NCBI GenBank assembly: GCA_963674705.1
Contig: OY771506.1
Location: 5,120,001 to 5,184,000 of the forward strand
From: Phycisphaeraceae bacterium
GTDB taxonomy: Bacteria > Planctomycetota > Phycisphaerae > Phycisphaerales > Phycisphaeraceae
DNA: 64,000 nt
Direction of reading: 5' to 3'
Program-made: the position numbers and the translations under genes
Notes under the pieces: generated by a model
The model's input: only the letters and a program-made list of their open reading frames with translations
What the model was told of the DNA's origin: nothing
Database searches by the model: none
Shown: one piece after another, positions 29,984-40,766 of the stretch
Layout: each line of letters starts with the position of its first letter
Numbering within the stretch: the first letter of the stretch is position 1

Positions 29984-31159
29984 GTGTTGCTGACATGGGA
30001 GTTGGGCGGAGGGTTAGGGCATGTCGCTCGCCTGTCACCCATTGCACAGGGCTTGGCCGGGCGCGGTCATGATGTCACCGTAGTACTCTGTCAATCCGAA
30101 CTTGCTGACAGTTGGTTCGCAGACCTTTCTTGCCTGAAAGCCCCCCCGACAAGACCACTACCCAAAACCGAGCATGTCCCGGTCCGAACCTTTGCTGACA
30201 TCCTCGCCAACCTGGGTTGGCAGTCCTTCGATCTGCTGGGCGCGTCCGTATCACGATGGCGGATTATTCTCGAAGAAGCCCAGCCCGACATACTCATCAT
30301 GGATCACAGCCCCACGGCGTTACTCGCCAGCCAAGGGATCAAAACGCGGCGTGTTGTTGTGAGTAACGGCTTTGCGATCCCGCCGGATGCCAGCCCGCTC
30401 CCTGCGTTTGATAAGTTGAACCATGCCAACCCGGCAAGCAGCACCGTCGAATCGCGTGTACTTGATACGGTCAATCGATACTTGCAACAAATAAACCAGC
30501 CCCCCCTGCCCCGACTCGGCTCGTTCTATACGCGGGTAGATGAATCGATGTTAACCGTGCTGCGGGAACTGGATCATTACGGACCTCGCGAAGGCGCTAC
30601 CTACTGGGGCGCATGGCCGGGTAAAGCAGGCAAGCCGTCGCGCTGGCCCAAAGGAAGTGGCCCGAAAGTGCTGGCCTATCTCAAACCGTTCCCCGCGATC
30701 AAGCCGACGCTGCGTATGCTGCAACGCTCGGGGCTGCCCGTGCTCTTGTACCTGTCCGGCGTGAGTGCCGAACAAGCCCAACGGATCAGCACCGATCATA
30801 TGCATGTCGTCAATGAACCACTCGACCTGCATCAGGCGGCCAAGCAAGCAGAACTGACGATCTGTCACGCCGGACCGGGCGCCGTCACGACCGCCTTGTT
30901 AGCCGGCGTGCCGTTGCTGTTAATCCCGTTGCAGCAGGAGCAACTCATGCTCGCGGCCCGCATCACACAACTAGGCGCCGCGCAGATTGCTTCACCGGAT
31001 TCCGCGGACCAGATCAGTCAAGGCCTGCAACGCCTGCTGCTAGAACCCCTTTTTACACACGCGGCCGAGGCATTTGCAAAAACCTATGCCAACTACGATT
31101 CCGATCTGCAGATCAGGCGTGTCGTGGATCGAATTGAAGAAGTGATGATGTTGCAGTGA
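29984..31159 (+). CDS. GT-B glycosyltransferase (GT1-like)
   Basis: WELGGGLGH N-terminal motif; ICHAGPGAVTTALLAGVPLLLIP..QEQ UDP-sugar binding signature. Confidence 0.88.
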   Translation: MLLTWELGGGLGHVARLSPIAQGLAGRGHDVTVVLCQSELADSWFADLSCLKAPPTRPLPKTEHVPVRTFADILANLGWQSFDLLGASVSRWRIILEEAQPDILIMDHSPTALLASQGIKTRRVVVSNGFAIPPDASPLPAFDKLNHANPASSTVESRVLDTVNRYLQQINQPPLPRLGSFYTRVDESMLTVLRELDHYGPREGATYWGAWPGKAGKPSRWPKGSGPKVLAYLKPFPAIKPTLRMLQRSGLPVLLYLSGVSAEQAQRISTDHMHVVNEPLDLHQAAKQAELTICHAGPGAVTTALLAGVPLLLIPLQQEQLMLAARITQLGAAQIASPDSADQISQGLQRLLLEPLFTHAAEAFAKTYANYDSDLQIRRVVDRIEEVMMLQ

Positions 31160-31306
31160 GTATGCTGCGCACAGGATGTCGTCGAACAACGCCCCGTTGA
31201 AGGTGCTGATAGCGCATAACGTATCTTGCCGATCGGTTTTGGACAGGCCGCCACATCCTTTGATTACAACGTGAGGACAGACAATACGCTCACAAAGCCG
31301 CGGCTA

Positions 31307-34081
31307 TTACCGGCCGACCGTTGGCCCGGCTTGCCTGAGTTGATACTGAATGTCTTCGCTGCGCCTTCGGCCACTGATTCTCTGGGCTTCGGTTAGTGTG
31401 TTATTGAGTTTTGCGATGATACTGTCCGCCTCTTGCTTGATCTTTTGATCATCGAGGCCGATCGCCAGCAGCCACGCGTAGGCGGTCTCGGGATCATATT
31501 CGGGGCCGTCCGCCAGGCTCATGATCCTAGCCATGCCAAGCTGCGCCTCCACATTCCCTTTTTCAGCGGCGAGGCGGTACCAGCGCAGGGCTTCTGCCAG
31601 ATCGGCTTCCACGCCTTCGCCTTTTTCATAAAAGCCGCCCATCCGGAATTGCGCCTTCGTATGGCCGTGATCCGCAGACTCTCTAAACCAATGTATCGCC
31701 TGCTCCATGTCCTTCTCGATTCCCGAACCAACACGGTAGCAACCGCCCAGGCTGTATTGCGCCTGGGTGTGGCCCTGATTGGCCGAAAGCTTCAACCATG
31801 TGACCGCTTTCGCTTCATCGCGCGGCACGCCCAATCCAAAACCGAGCATCTGTCCGTAAAAGTACTGTCCATCCGCGTTGCCTTGCATGGCGGCGGCAAA
31901 GTAATACTGGACCGCCTTCTTGTGGTCTCGGTCCACGCCGGTGCCGCTGTAATACATATAGGCAATTCTCAATTGCCCCGCGATGTTTCCCTGCTTGGCA
32001 GCAAGTTCGTACCACTTCGCCGCCTGTGCGAAGTCGACCGGTGCGCCTTTGCCGGTCTCGCAAACCGTTCCCATGCAGACCTGCGCATCGGCGATCCCTT
32101 GCAGCGCCGCCTTGCGGATCCACTTCACGCCCTCTTCCAGGTCACGCGACCTGCCATCTCCCGAATAATAAACCTTGCCCAGATTGAGTTGCGATGCGGG
32201 GTCGCCCTGTTCAGCAGCCATGCGGAACCATTTGATAGCCTCATCGACATCCTTGCGGACTTTCTTCCCGTTCGCATACAACACGCCCAACTCGGCCTGG
32301 GCGGCGACATCCCCACTCTGGGCGGATTCGATCAGCAGTTCGACCGCTGCAACGGTGTCCTGCATCACGTCATCGCCGGTAAGCCCGATCATCGCGAGTT
32401 TGGTTCCGGCTTCTGGGTGTCCTTGTTCTTTGGCTAGCCGATACCAACGCGCCGCCTCCTGTTGGTTCGCTGTAACGATTTGGCCATTGTGATATATCTC
32501 GCCCAATATGAACTGGGCTTCCACCTTACCGGAGGTGGCGGCTTTGCGCAACCAGCGGATCCCTTCATTGACATCGCGCTCGACTCCGATACCTGCCAGG
32601 TAAAACTTACCGAGCGATAGCTGAGATATCGCTAAACCTTGCCTAGCCGCTAGTTGGTAATATTCGACCGCTTTGGTCATGTCCGCTGGAACAGTGATAC
32701 CTTTCATATACATGACCGCCAGATTGTGTTGAGCCGAGGCGTCGCCCTGCTCGGCAGCCAGGGTGTACCATTTGAAAGCTTGCTTATAGTCCTGCTTCGT
32801 GCAATGGCCATTGTAAAAATGATCGCCCAAGATGGATTGCGATGGCGCGTAACCTCCCTCGGCGGCCAGCAGGTACAGGCGATGCGCTTCGGCTTCATCC
32901 TTGGGAACGTCATGCCCGTTTGCATAAGCATTAGCCAGATTATTCTGAGCGATCGGATACCCCTGCGCCGCGGCCAACCGATACCACTTAAGCGCTTCGG
33001 CGTGGTCCTTTTTGATCCCCCAGCCCATGTGGTATCGGTAACCGAGGTTGTGCTGACCTTCCGCATCACCTAATTCCGCCGCCTTCCTGTACCAGTACAC
33101 GGCCCGTTCATCATCACGCTTGACACCTATACCCGTGCCGAACATCACACCTAAGCAATTCATCGCGACCGCGTCGCCTTGCTCCGCGGCACGCAGATAC
33201 CACTGCATTGCCTGCTGATTATCTACGGCAACACCGACACCTTCCTCGTACATCATCCCCATCTGTGTCTGGGCCTTGGCTAAGCCGTTCGTTGCTGCCA
33301 GTTGTATCCAGGTGAATGCGAGTGTTTCATTCTTCGGCACCCCTTCACCGTGCAGATACATGATCCCTAACATGTTCTGCGCTTCGGGCAACTGCTGGCC
33401 CGCAGCCAACTGGACCAGCCTCAACGCTTCGGCCAGGTCTTTGTCTACGCCCCGACCTTCGAGGTACAGCCTGCTTAACAGGTATTGCGCAACCGGGTCA
33501 TTCTGTTCTGCCGACAAGCGGAATAAACGCACCGCCTCGTCGTCGTCTTGCGGGACGCCCAGCCCTTGGAGATATAAGCCGCCCATCCGCACCAGTGCCG
33601 GGGGGTACTTCTGCTTGGCGGCCCGCTTCAACCAGGTGATCGCTTCAAGCGGGTCCGCTTCAACGCCCAAGCCCATCCAATACATCATGCCGAGCTGATA
33701 TTCCGCCTCGGCGTAGCCTTTCGCAGCCGCGAGTTTAAACCACTTGAGCGCCTCTTCATGATCCGCTTCACGCTCCCAGCCGCTGAAGTAGATCCAACCC
33801 ACAAAGAACTGGGCTTTAACGTCGTCCTTCTCGGCCGCGAGCTTCCAGTAACGCAGCGATTCATCAGAATCGGCCTTGACGCCGTCGCCGACCGAGTAGC
33901 GCACCGCCAGCGCTTTCATCGCCTCGACGTCACCCGCCTCGGCGCGCGTTTGTAGCTCTTCAGCCGAAGCTAACGCCAATGAACCTGTCGTGGAAGTATC
34001 TTGCGCGTGAACTACGATGCCGGGCAACAACAAGACAAGCAAAGCCCAACAACAAACCGTACGACAAAACCAATGAGACAT
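31307..34081 (-). CDS. Secreted Sel1-like repeat protein
   Basis: Signal peptide followed by more than 20 ~36-aa AQxxLGxxYxxGxGVxxDxxxAxxWYxxAAxQG repeats. Confidence 0.95.
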   Translation of the reverse strand: MSHWFCRTVCCWALLVLLLPGIVVHAQDTSTTGSLALASAEELQTRAEAGDVEAMKALAVRYSVGDGVKADSDESLRYWKLAAEKDDVKAQFFVGWIYFSGWEREADHEEALKWFKLAAAKGYAEAEYQLGMMYWMGLGVEADPLEAITWLKRAAKQKYPPALVRMGGLYLQGLGVPQDDDEAVRLFRLSAEQNDPVAQYLLSRLYLEGRGVDKDLAEALRLVQLAAGQQLPEAQNMLGIMYLHGEGVPKNETLAFTWIQLAATNGLAKAQTQMGMMYEEGVGVAVDNQQAMQWYLRAAEQGDAVAMNCLGVMFGTGIGVKRDDERAVYWYRKAAELGDAEGQHNLGYRYHMGWGIKKDHAEALKWYRLAAAQGYPIAQNNLANAYANGHDVPKDEAEAHRLYLLAAEGGYAPSQSILGDHFYNGHCTKQDYKQAFKWYTLAAEQGDASAQHNLAVMYMKGITVPADMTKAVEYYQLAARQGLAISQLSLGKFYLAGIGVERDVNEGIRWLRKAATSGKVEAQFILGEIYHNGQIVTANQQEAARWYRLAKEQGHPEAGTKLAMIGLTGDDVMQDTVAAVELLIESAQSGDVAAQAELGVLYANGKKVRKDVDEAIKWFRMAAEQGDPASQLNLGKVYYSGDGRSRDLEEGVKWIRKAALQGIADAQVCMGTVCETGKGAPVDFAQAAKWYELAAKQGNIAGQLRIAYMYYSGTGVDRDHKKAVQYYFAAAMQGNADGQYFYGQMLGFGLGVPRDEAKAVTWLKLSANQGHTQAQYSLGGCYRVGSGIEKDMEQAIHWFRESADHGHTKAQFRMGGFYEKGEGVEADLAEALRWYRLAAEKGNVEAQLGMARIMSLADGPEYDPETAYAWLLAIGLDDQKIKQEADSIIAKLNNTLTEAQRISGRRRSEDIQYQLRQAGPTVGR

Positions 34082-34235
34082 CACGGCCTCCCGGTGAAAA
34101 ATAACAACATACATCTATCATCTTGCATCCGGCCCGGGATCGCAAGCATAAAGAGGCAATAGAGGCTTTATAGCTATGTTATTGGACGCTGATGATATAC
34201 AGAAATATGAAAAACAGGACGTACACAGTACTGTA

Positions 34236-35252
34236 TCAATCTTCCGTCTTTTCCTTCCATATCACATCCGCGACGATCGGCAGGTGATCTGAAAGATCGC
34301 TCTGTTTCACTTCGAGCCGATCGATCTGCAAAAGTGAACCGACGAGTATCCAGTCGATCGTGCGGTGCGGCTGCCACGAGGGGAAGGTCGGTTCAAAGGT
34401 GTACTGTTCGTCTTCACCCGGTGCAGCGGAGAAGCTGCTGACTGTCATCAATGTGCTCACGCTCGTAACGCCGGTATCCGTTACCCGTGCCCCGGGCAAT
34501 CCTGGCAACGTCGCATTCAGATCACCCGCGATGATCGTTGGGATGTATGGATACTTCAGTGCCAAAACGACTTCCTTTACCGACCTCACACGAAAAGCTT
34601 CTTCACCGCGTGGCTCAAGATGTGCACCGACTACGCGGAACCGCGATCCGTCTTCACGTTCAATCACACACACCACCGCTCGTTTCTTACCACCCAGAAC
34701 CGTCTCCCAGCCGGCGAATCCCGTTAGATTGATCACCTCCGCTTCGACAATCGGATACCGACTTAACACCGCGTTACCGAACCGCAATGATACGAACGGC
34801 AACGACGCATCGATATTGACCTCCTCCGCGCGATACCGATAGCCCGCCGCCGTGGCGATTGTGTCTGCCTGATTCTCGTGCCCGCTCCAGATGCTGGAAA
34901 AATCCACCTCGTTCAGCACCACCACATCCGCATCCAACTCCCGCAACAGCTTCCCGATGTCATCAAGGCGTTGCCTGCGTTCAACCTTATCACTGAAGTT
35001 CGATCTGGCCGTCCCCCTGCCGTGCGCGATGTTGTACGCAGCGATACGAAGTGGCCGATCATGCTCGACCGTCAAAGTCATCGCGTTCTGCCCGGCATCC
35101 ACCACCTTGAGCGCCCGCCACGGACTGATCAACCTGACCACACCGTACCAACCAACCAGAAAGATAAACACAACGACACACAGCCGTAGCAGCAACCTGC
35201 CCCGCTTCGGTCGATGTATTTTCTCCGGATTGGCCCCTGAAGCGTCTGACAT
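34236..35252 (-). CDS. Endonuclease/exonuclease/phosphatase family protein, N-terminal TM
   Basis: AYNIAHG, LNEVD, GNAVLSRYP, HL, AGDLNA, IDWI, SDHLP motifs. Confidence 0.92.
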   Translation of the reverse strand: MSDASGANPEKIHRPKRGRLLLRLCVVVFIFLVGWYGVVRLISPWRALKVVDAGQNAMTLTVEHDRPLRIAAYNIAHGRGTARSNFSDKVERRQRLDDIGKLLRELDADVVVLNEVDFSSIWSGHENQADTIATAAGYRYRAEEVNIDASLPFVSLRFGNAVLSRYPIVEAEVINLTGFAGWETVLGGKKRAVVCVIEREDGSRFRVVGAHLEPRGEEAFRVRSVKEVVLALKYPYIPTIIAGDLNATLPGLPGARVTDTGVTSVSTLMTVSSFSAAPGEDEQYTFEPTFPSWQPHRTIDWILVGSLLQIDRLEVKQSDLSDHLPIVADVIWKEKTED

Positions 35253-35259
35253 ACAACAA

Positions 35260-36243
35260 TCAATCTTTCACAAAGTGTTCCAGCCGGTCGCCGTACTTCA
35301 TAAGAGTACCGTCGTTAGTACTGGTCGCATGGAAGTTATCCCACAACTTGTAGAACCACTGCGAACCGTTTGGTGGCGGCTCCATTACACCCAATTGGGA
35401 TGGATCTTCCATGTATGTAGCCAACAGTTTCGCGTTCTCCGAATTCTCCGTCGTATCTATTAAGTGCTTCATATACGTCTTGAACGCATCGGGATTTGAT
35501 CTTACGCGCATAATTAATAAAGCGGTCGACATGGCCTCATCAAACTCTCCATTGAGATTTGCTTCGATATAGCCCCGGATCCAGTCGGCCGCCTGCTTGT
35601 TATCGAAAGCCGAGATCGCACACAGGATGTCTTCCCGCATCTCTTCGTGTTGAGTCAGCCGCAGAATCGGCTGGAGTTTCTCAATCATGGCATCTGACTG
35701 TTTTGCCGCTGCGATCAGGCAGAGCGTGTGTACGTGGATCGGCCTGACATGTGCATCCTTGGCGACGTTCGGATCTGACAATTCAATCAGCGTCGGCTGC
35801 GCCGCCTCCCAGTTCAGTATCGCGGCAAGCATCAGTGCATCGGCCGAGACTAATGCATCCTTACCGAGATTCTCCTTAGCCATCACCAGTAGTTCAGAAA
35901 CATCCGTATCCGAATCCAACGACTGCATCGCCTCCAGGTATTGCTTTTTGTGCCAGTGAAATATGTCGAGATAACTTCGTTCAGCGTGGACATGCACAAA
36001 ACCCACAAACGCCAGCCAGTGCTGCTCCGTGATCACACGGAAACGCTTGACCTTTTCGGGTAAATCCAGATCTGCATCCACCCATAATGCCTGAACCTCG
36101 TCCGCCAGCACGGGTTCTTGCTGCTTTACCTCTTCGGTTCCAAATCCTTCTTCTGTGGCCGCGCCTCGCGCATCGAACGGAGCATACAGGATTACCACAA
36201 CAACCAGTAATAACCAACGATTCAATTTGCATTCCCGAAACAT
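35260..36243 (-). CDS. Hypothetical secreted helical protein
   Basis: 327-aa ORF with N-terminal hydrophobic signal, ends just upstream of the EEP gene. No family recognised. Confidence 0.7.
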   Translation of the reverse strand: MFRECKLNRWLLLVVVVILYAPFDARGAATEEGFGTEEVKQQEPVLADEVQALWVDADLDLPEKVKRFRVITEQHWLAFVGFVHVHAERSYLDIFHWHKKQYLEAMQSLDSDTDVSELLVMAKENLGKDALVSADALMLAAILNWEAAQPTLIELSDPNVAKDAHVRPIHVHTLCLIAAAKQSDAMIEKLQPILRLTQHEEMREDILCAISAFDNKQAADWIRGYIEANLNGEFDEAMSTALLIMRVRSNPDAFKTYMKHLIDTTENSENAKLLATYMEDPSQLGVMEPPPNGSQWFYKLWDNFHATSTNDGTLMKYGDRLEHFVKD

Positions 36244-36304
36244 CGATGTGCTCCCGAAGTGTGTTGGCCTGTATTCTTACCGCTAAAGGGCTGAATTACA
36301 AGCC

Positions 36305-36336
36305 AAAATAAAAACACCCGCCAAAACAGCGGGTGT
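36305..36336 (-). terminator. Intrinsic terminator downstream of ugd
   Basis: ACACCCGC-7nt-GCGGGTGT stem with an A-rich tract on the left (U tract on the minus strand). Confidence 0.75.
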
Positions 36337-36361
36337 CATCAAGTAGATGTCTAATTTGCGA

Positions 36362-37738
36362 TCAGCTTTGCGTTACTGTCCCCGGGATAACCGCATGCCT
36401 TCCGACGCTGTGATACACGAAGCCCATTTCCTGCATCATCTCGGGACGGTACAGGTTTCGGCCATCGAAAATGACCGGGTTCTTGAGCTTCTGCTTGATC
36501 TCATCAAAGTCGGGGAATTTGAACTCATCCCAGTCCGTGCAGATCACAAGTGCGTCCGCTCCGTTCAGTGCGTCCATCGCATCGGTCACATAGCTGACCT
36601 TGTCTGCCAGCACTTCCTTGCAGGTTTCCTCAGCCACGGGATCGTACGCAACAACTTCCGCGCCACGATCCATGAAGTGGCGCATCAGTGTGATCGACGG
36701 CGCTTCACGCACGTCGTCTGTCCCGGGCTTAAAGGCGATGCCCCAGACAGCGATCTTCTTGCCGTTCAATCCGCCGGCCTCAGCAAAGTGCTTATCGAGT
36801 TTGGACATGAATGCGTCGCGCTGCGCCTGGTTGACCTGGTGCACCGCTTCGAGCAGCTTCGCCGGCGTATCGCTCAGCTCACCCATCGAGATGCACGCGA
36901 GCACATCCTTCGGGAAGCACGACCCGCCGTAGCCCAATCCCGGATAGAGGAACTGGTTGCCGATGCGCCTGTCCGAGCACATCCCGCGACGCACTTCATC
37001 CACATCCGCCCCGTATGATTCACACAGATTGGCGATCTCATTGATGAACGAGATCTTCGTCGCAAGCATCGCGTTCGAGGCGTACTTGACCATCTCGGCG
37101 CTTGGGATATCCATGATGAAGATCGGGTTGCCCTGGCGTACGAAAGGTTCGTACAGGTCGCGCATCCGATCGCCCGTGCCCTTGTCGTTGGCGCCGATGA
37201 CGACACGGTCGGGCTTGTTGAAGTCGTTGATCGCGGCGCCTTCCTTGAGGAACTCAGGGTTCGACGCCATATGGAAAGGCTTGCTCGTCTTCGATGCGAT
37301 CTCGGCCTGGACTTTCTGATTGGTCCCCACCGGCACGGTCGACTTGACCACGACAATCTTGGCCCGACGTTCATCGGCATCACCACCGGTAGTACCCGGC
37401 GCGGCCTCGATCGCGTTGCCGATGTCTGACGCAGCGCTCAACACGTACTTCAGGTCGGCGTGGCCCTTCTCGTCGCTGGGTGTGCCGACGCAGATGAAGA
37501 TGATTTCGGCCGACTGGTAGGCCTTGACCTTATCGGTCGTGAAAGTCAGGCGGCCGGCGGTGGCGTTGCGCCGGATCATTTCGTCCAGCCCCGGCTCGTA
37601 GATCGGACTGATCCCCTTGTTCAGCTTGTCGATCTTGGTTTGATCTACGTCCAGGCAGACCACGTCATTACCCGTATTGGCCAGGCAGGTTCCTGTAACC
37701 AGCCCGACGTAGCCTGTACCGACCATCGTGATACGCAT
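36362..37738 (-). CDS. ugd: UDP-glucose/GDP-mannose dehydrogenase family protein
   Basis: GTGYVGL, PIYEPGL, ICVGTP, KSTVPVGT, NPEFLKEG, GYGGSCFPKD, AFKPGTDDVRE. Confidence 0.95.
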   Translation of the reverse strand: MRITMVGTGYVGLVTGTCLANTGNDVVCLDVDQTKIDKLNKGISPIYEPGLDEMIRRNATAGRLTFTTDKVKAYQSAEIIFICVGTPSDEKGHADLKYVLSAASDIGNAIEAAPGTTGGDADERRAKIVVVKSTVPVGTNQKVQAEIASKTSKPFHMASNPEFLKEGAAINDFNKPDRVVIGANDKGTGDRMRDLYEPFVRQGNPIFIMDIPSAEMVKYASNAMLATKISFINEIANLCESYGADVDEVRRGMCSDRRIGNQFLYPGLGYGGSCFPKDVLACISMGELSDTPAKLLEAVHQVNQAQRDAFMSKLDKHFAEAGGLNGKKIAVWGIAFKPGTDDVREAPSITLMRHFMDRGAEVVAYDPVAEETCKEVLADKVSYVTDAMDALNGADALVICTDWDEFKFPDFDEIKQKLKNPVIFDGRNLYRPEMMQEMGFVYHSVGRHAVIPGTVTQS

Positions 37739-38028
37739 CTGTATACCTTCTCGTTATCTGGGTTTAAGGCTGACCCATTCTGCAAGATCGGCCTGGAAAA
37801 ATAATTATCGTCATGTTTCCGGCGGGAGTATACCCCGATCCGCACCCCCTGTCCCACAAATCAAGGCCCGCTTCCCCCTGAACTTCGCAGGATAACACAC
37901 ATAATTACGCCCGATAGCCCAAGTGAGTTTGAATATGTTGTGAGTGGATCACTATAGTGTCCGACCCAGAGCCTATTGTAGTAACAAGATAAACAAAAGA
38001 CTTTTAAAACCTAACAGGCGGGCGCCCA

Positions 38029-39666
38029 ATGTCAGCACGTGTGAACAAAGCCGAAGAAGTGAAACAAGCCAAGGACGGTTTCGACGTCCTCCAGGACATC
38101 CTACGCTACGCCGAGCAAGGCGATTACAGCGCGATCGCAGAGGACGACCTGTCCGTCCGCTTCAAGTGGTTCGGCGCTTATCGTCAGAAACCCAACACCG
38201 GACACTTCATGTTGCGTATCAAGGTGCCCGGCGGCCAACTGTCGCCCCACCAGCTCAAAACGATCTCCCAGATTGCAGATAAATACGCCCGCGGCTTCGG
38301 CGACATCACCACACGCCAGACCATCCAGATGCACTGGCTTACCATCGCGGACCTCAAGCCGATCTTCCAGACGCTATGGGACATCGGCATGACGACGCAG
38401 TTCGCCTGCGGCGACGCTCCGCGTAACGTCGTCGGTTGCCCGCTTGCCGGTGTGCTCGAAGACGAGATCATCGATTCGTCCGAGCACGCCCGCGCGATCA
38501 ATCAGCACTTTATCGACACCGGCCGCGAGTTCTCGAACCTGCCGCGCAAGTTCAAGCCTTCCATCGGCGGTTGCCGGCTGCACTGCCATCAACCGCAGAT
38601 CAACTGCTACGGGCTTTACGGCGTGAAGCGCCCGAACGGTGATGTGGGTTACGGCCTGGTCGTCGGCGGCGGCTTATCTTCAACGCCTCACTTCGCACAG
38701 GCCCTGCGTGTCTTTGTGAAGCCTGAACAAGTGGTCGATGTTTCCAACGCGATCGCCACCGTCTTCCGAGACCAGGGCTACCGTGAAAAACGCACACGTG
38801 CTCGCTTGAAGTTCCTCGTTGCCGACAAGGGTTGGCAGTGGATGCGCGACGAGATCGAGAAGGTACTCGGATATAAACTCGAACATGATGACACGCTGCG
38901 CAATCCCCCCGCGGTGCATTCCGATCACATCGGCAAAGGCAAGCAGAAGGACGGCAACTACTACGTCGGCGTGCCGATCAGCCGCGGCCGATGGACCGCA
39001 CGCAACATGGCCGACATCGCCGACCTGGCTGAGAAGTACGGCACGGGTGACAAGCGTATCCGCACCACCGGTAAGCAGAACGTCATCCTGCTGGATATCC
39101 CCGAAGCCCATGTCGCAGCGCTCGAAAAAGAGCTTGCCGACAAGGGCCTGCCCACCAACACGCACTCCCTGCGCGGCAGCCTGATCTCCTGCACGGGTAG
39201 CGAGTTCTGTAACCTCGCCGTCGTCGAAACCAAGAACCGTGCAGGCCGGGTGCTTCAGTGGCTCGAACAGAACGTCGAGGTCGACTTCCCCCTGTTCATC
39301 AGCTTCACCGGTTGCCCCAATGCCTGCGCTCAGTACCAGATCGCCGACATCGGCCTGACCGGCATCCCCTACGTCCTCAAGGATGAAAAGGACGAGGACG
39401 GCAAGCCCAAGAAGATCGACGGCTACAAGGTCCTGCTCGGCGCCGGGCTGGGTATCGAGCCGAAGTTCAACGAGCTGATCGCCAAGAAGGTCCCGGGTGA
39501 TCTGATTCACCTGTCGATCAAGAGCCTGATCGAGACCTTCAAAACCGAGCGTGTCGACGAGGAAGACACCTTCCAGAGCTGGGTGACACGAAGCGACCCG
39601 GAGTACCTCCAGAAGCTGATCCTCGAGCCAACCGAAGCTGAGGGTGCCGTGATGTTGACTGCATAA
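38029..39666 (+). CDS. Ferredoxin-dependent nitrite/sulfite reductase (siroheme, 4Fe-4S)
   Basis: MLRIKVPGG, TTRQTIQMH, NLPRKFK, CTGSEFC and GCPNACA ligand motifs. Substrate not determinable by eye. Confidence 0.92.
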   Translation: MSARVNKAEEVKQAKDGFDVLQDILRYAEQGDYSAIAEDDLSVRFKWFGAYRQKPNTGHFMLRIKVPGGQLSPHQLKTISQIADKYARGFGDITTRQTIQMHWLTIADLKPIFQTLWDIGMTTQFACGDAPRNVVGCPLAGVLEDEIIDSSEHARAINQHFIDTGREFSNLPRKFKPSIGGCRLHCHQPQINCYGLYGVKRPNGDVGYGLVVGGGLSSTPHFAQALRVFVKPEQVVDVSNAIATVFRDQGYREKRTRARLKFLVADKGWQWMRDEIEKVLGYKLEHDDTLRNPPAVHSDHIGKGKQKDGNYYVGVPISRGRWTARNMADIADLAEKYGTGDKRIRTTGKQNVILLDIPEAHVAALEKELADKGLPTNTHSLRGSLISCTGSEFCNLAVVETKNRAGRVLQWLEQNVEVDFPLFISFTGCPNACAQYQIADIGLTGIPYVLKDEKDEDGKPKKIDGYKVLLGAGLGIEPKFNELIAKKVPGDLIHLSIKSLIETFKTERVDEEDTFQSWVTRSDPEYLQKLILEPTEAEGAVMLTA

Positions 39667-40027
39667 AAAGCCGCACCCGTGCTTAGCGTTGTTACATCAA
39701 ATTTTCATTTACTTATATAGATGGCTTGCGTAAACAACCATTGTTATACGTGCATCCCATCAGAATCACGCCGCAACACGCACCAAACTCCTTTAAAAAA
39801 TGGACTTATAATATAAAATCGCAATGGTTGTTCTGGGATCGCGATATTCCAGGCCTATACCATATCTATTCACCCTAAGTTGTCTTGTTTTACATATTTA
39901 GGACTTATTTAGAAATGTTATGAATTTCGTTTGACTTTCCGGGAATCGCTCTCTAATCTAGTTTATATAATAGGTTTACAGCCTGTTTTAGAATTATGTT
40001 ATGCATTCAACAAATGGAGGAGAGAAA

Positions 40028-40606
40028 GTGAAAGCCCGTCATCTGTTATCAGTAATTGCTTGCCTGGGTCTCACTGCCGGGGCCGCATCCGCCAGCACCC
40101 TCACGCTCAGCATTCCGGATATCACCGGATTCGCGCAGATCAGCGCTTCTGATGCCGCTACTATCACCGTGAACAACGGCATCATCCCCGCCGGTACAGC
40201 GGTTACCTTCACCACCATCTTCGTCCCCCCGCAGACGGGTGTTCAGTCAGCAGACGTCGGCCTGACCGGCATGGGCGTCGCGTTCGCTGCTGGTGACGAT
40301 CTCAGCCTCGAACTCAAGAACACCAACGAGAACCCCTGGACGTTCCAACTCGTCGCAGTGACCGACCAAGGCACCTTCTCCTCGCTGCCCCAAACGCTCG
40401 CACCCGACGTGGCCAGTTCCTTCAGCGTCGACCTCGGCGCCGCGGCAGGCACCATCAGCTCCGCCTACTTCGTCGTCAGTGGCGACGTCCCGCATCCGGA
40501 CGGCGACCGCACCCCTGAATACGAAATCGCCCCCATCCCCGAGCCCGCCTCCCTCGCGCTGCTCGGTCTGGGCGCCGCCTGCCTGGCAAACCGCCGCAGG
40601 AAGTAA
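40028..40606 (+). CDS. Small PEP-CTERM protein without dockerin-like module
   Basis: GGAGG upstream of GTG 40028, signal peptide, canonical IPEPASLALLGLGAACLANRRRK tail. Confidence 0.9.
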   Translation: MKARHLLSVIACLGLTAGAASASTLTLSIPDITGFAQISASDAATITVNNGIIPAGTAVTFTTIFVPPQTGVQSADVGLTGMGVAFAAGDDLSLELKNTNENPWTFQLVAVTDQGTFSSLPQTLAPDVASSFSVDLGAAAGTISSAYFVVSGDVPHPDGDRTPEYEIAPIPEPASLALLGLGAACLANRRRK

Positions 40607-40644
40607 AAACGCATAACAGACCTTTCCGGGGACAAGCTAACAGG

Positions 40645-40676
40645 CCGGCGTGCTTTTAACAGCACGCCGGTTTTTT
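40645..40676 (+). terminator. Intrinsic terminator
   Basis: CCGGCGTGCT-6nt-AGCACGCCGG followed by T6. Confidence 0.88.
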
Positions 40677-40766
40677 ATGCCTGTGATGTATGCAGCATCG
40701 GATCTTTGCGATATCCTGCATCGTCTGTTTGTTCGTATACCGGGAACAATCCTGGAGCCGTAAAGC

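Noticed and set aside
31433..32437. 334-aa plus-strand ORF
   Set aside because: Antisense to the Sel1 gene, with no protein-like features; expected in high-GC DNA.
40607..40766. Possible riboswitch upstream of pnuC
   Set aside because: The clear hairpin is explained as the terminator of the upstream gene, and no aptamer consensus was recognised. An Rfam search would be needed to exclude it.
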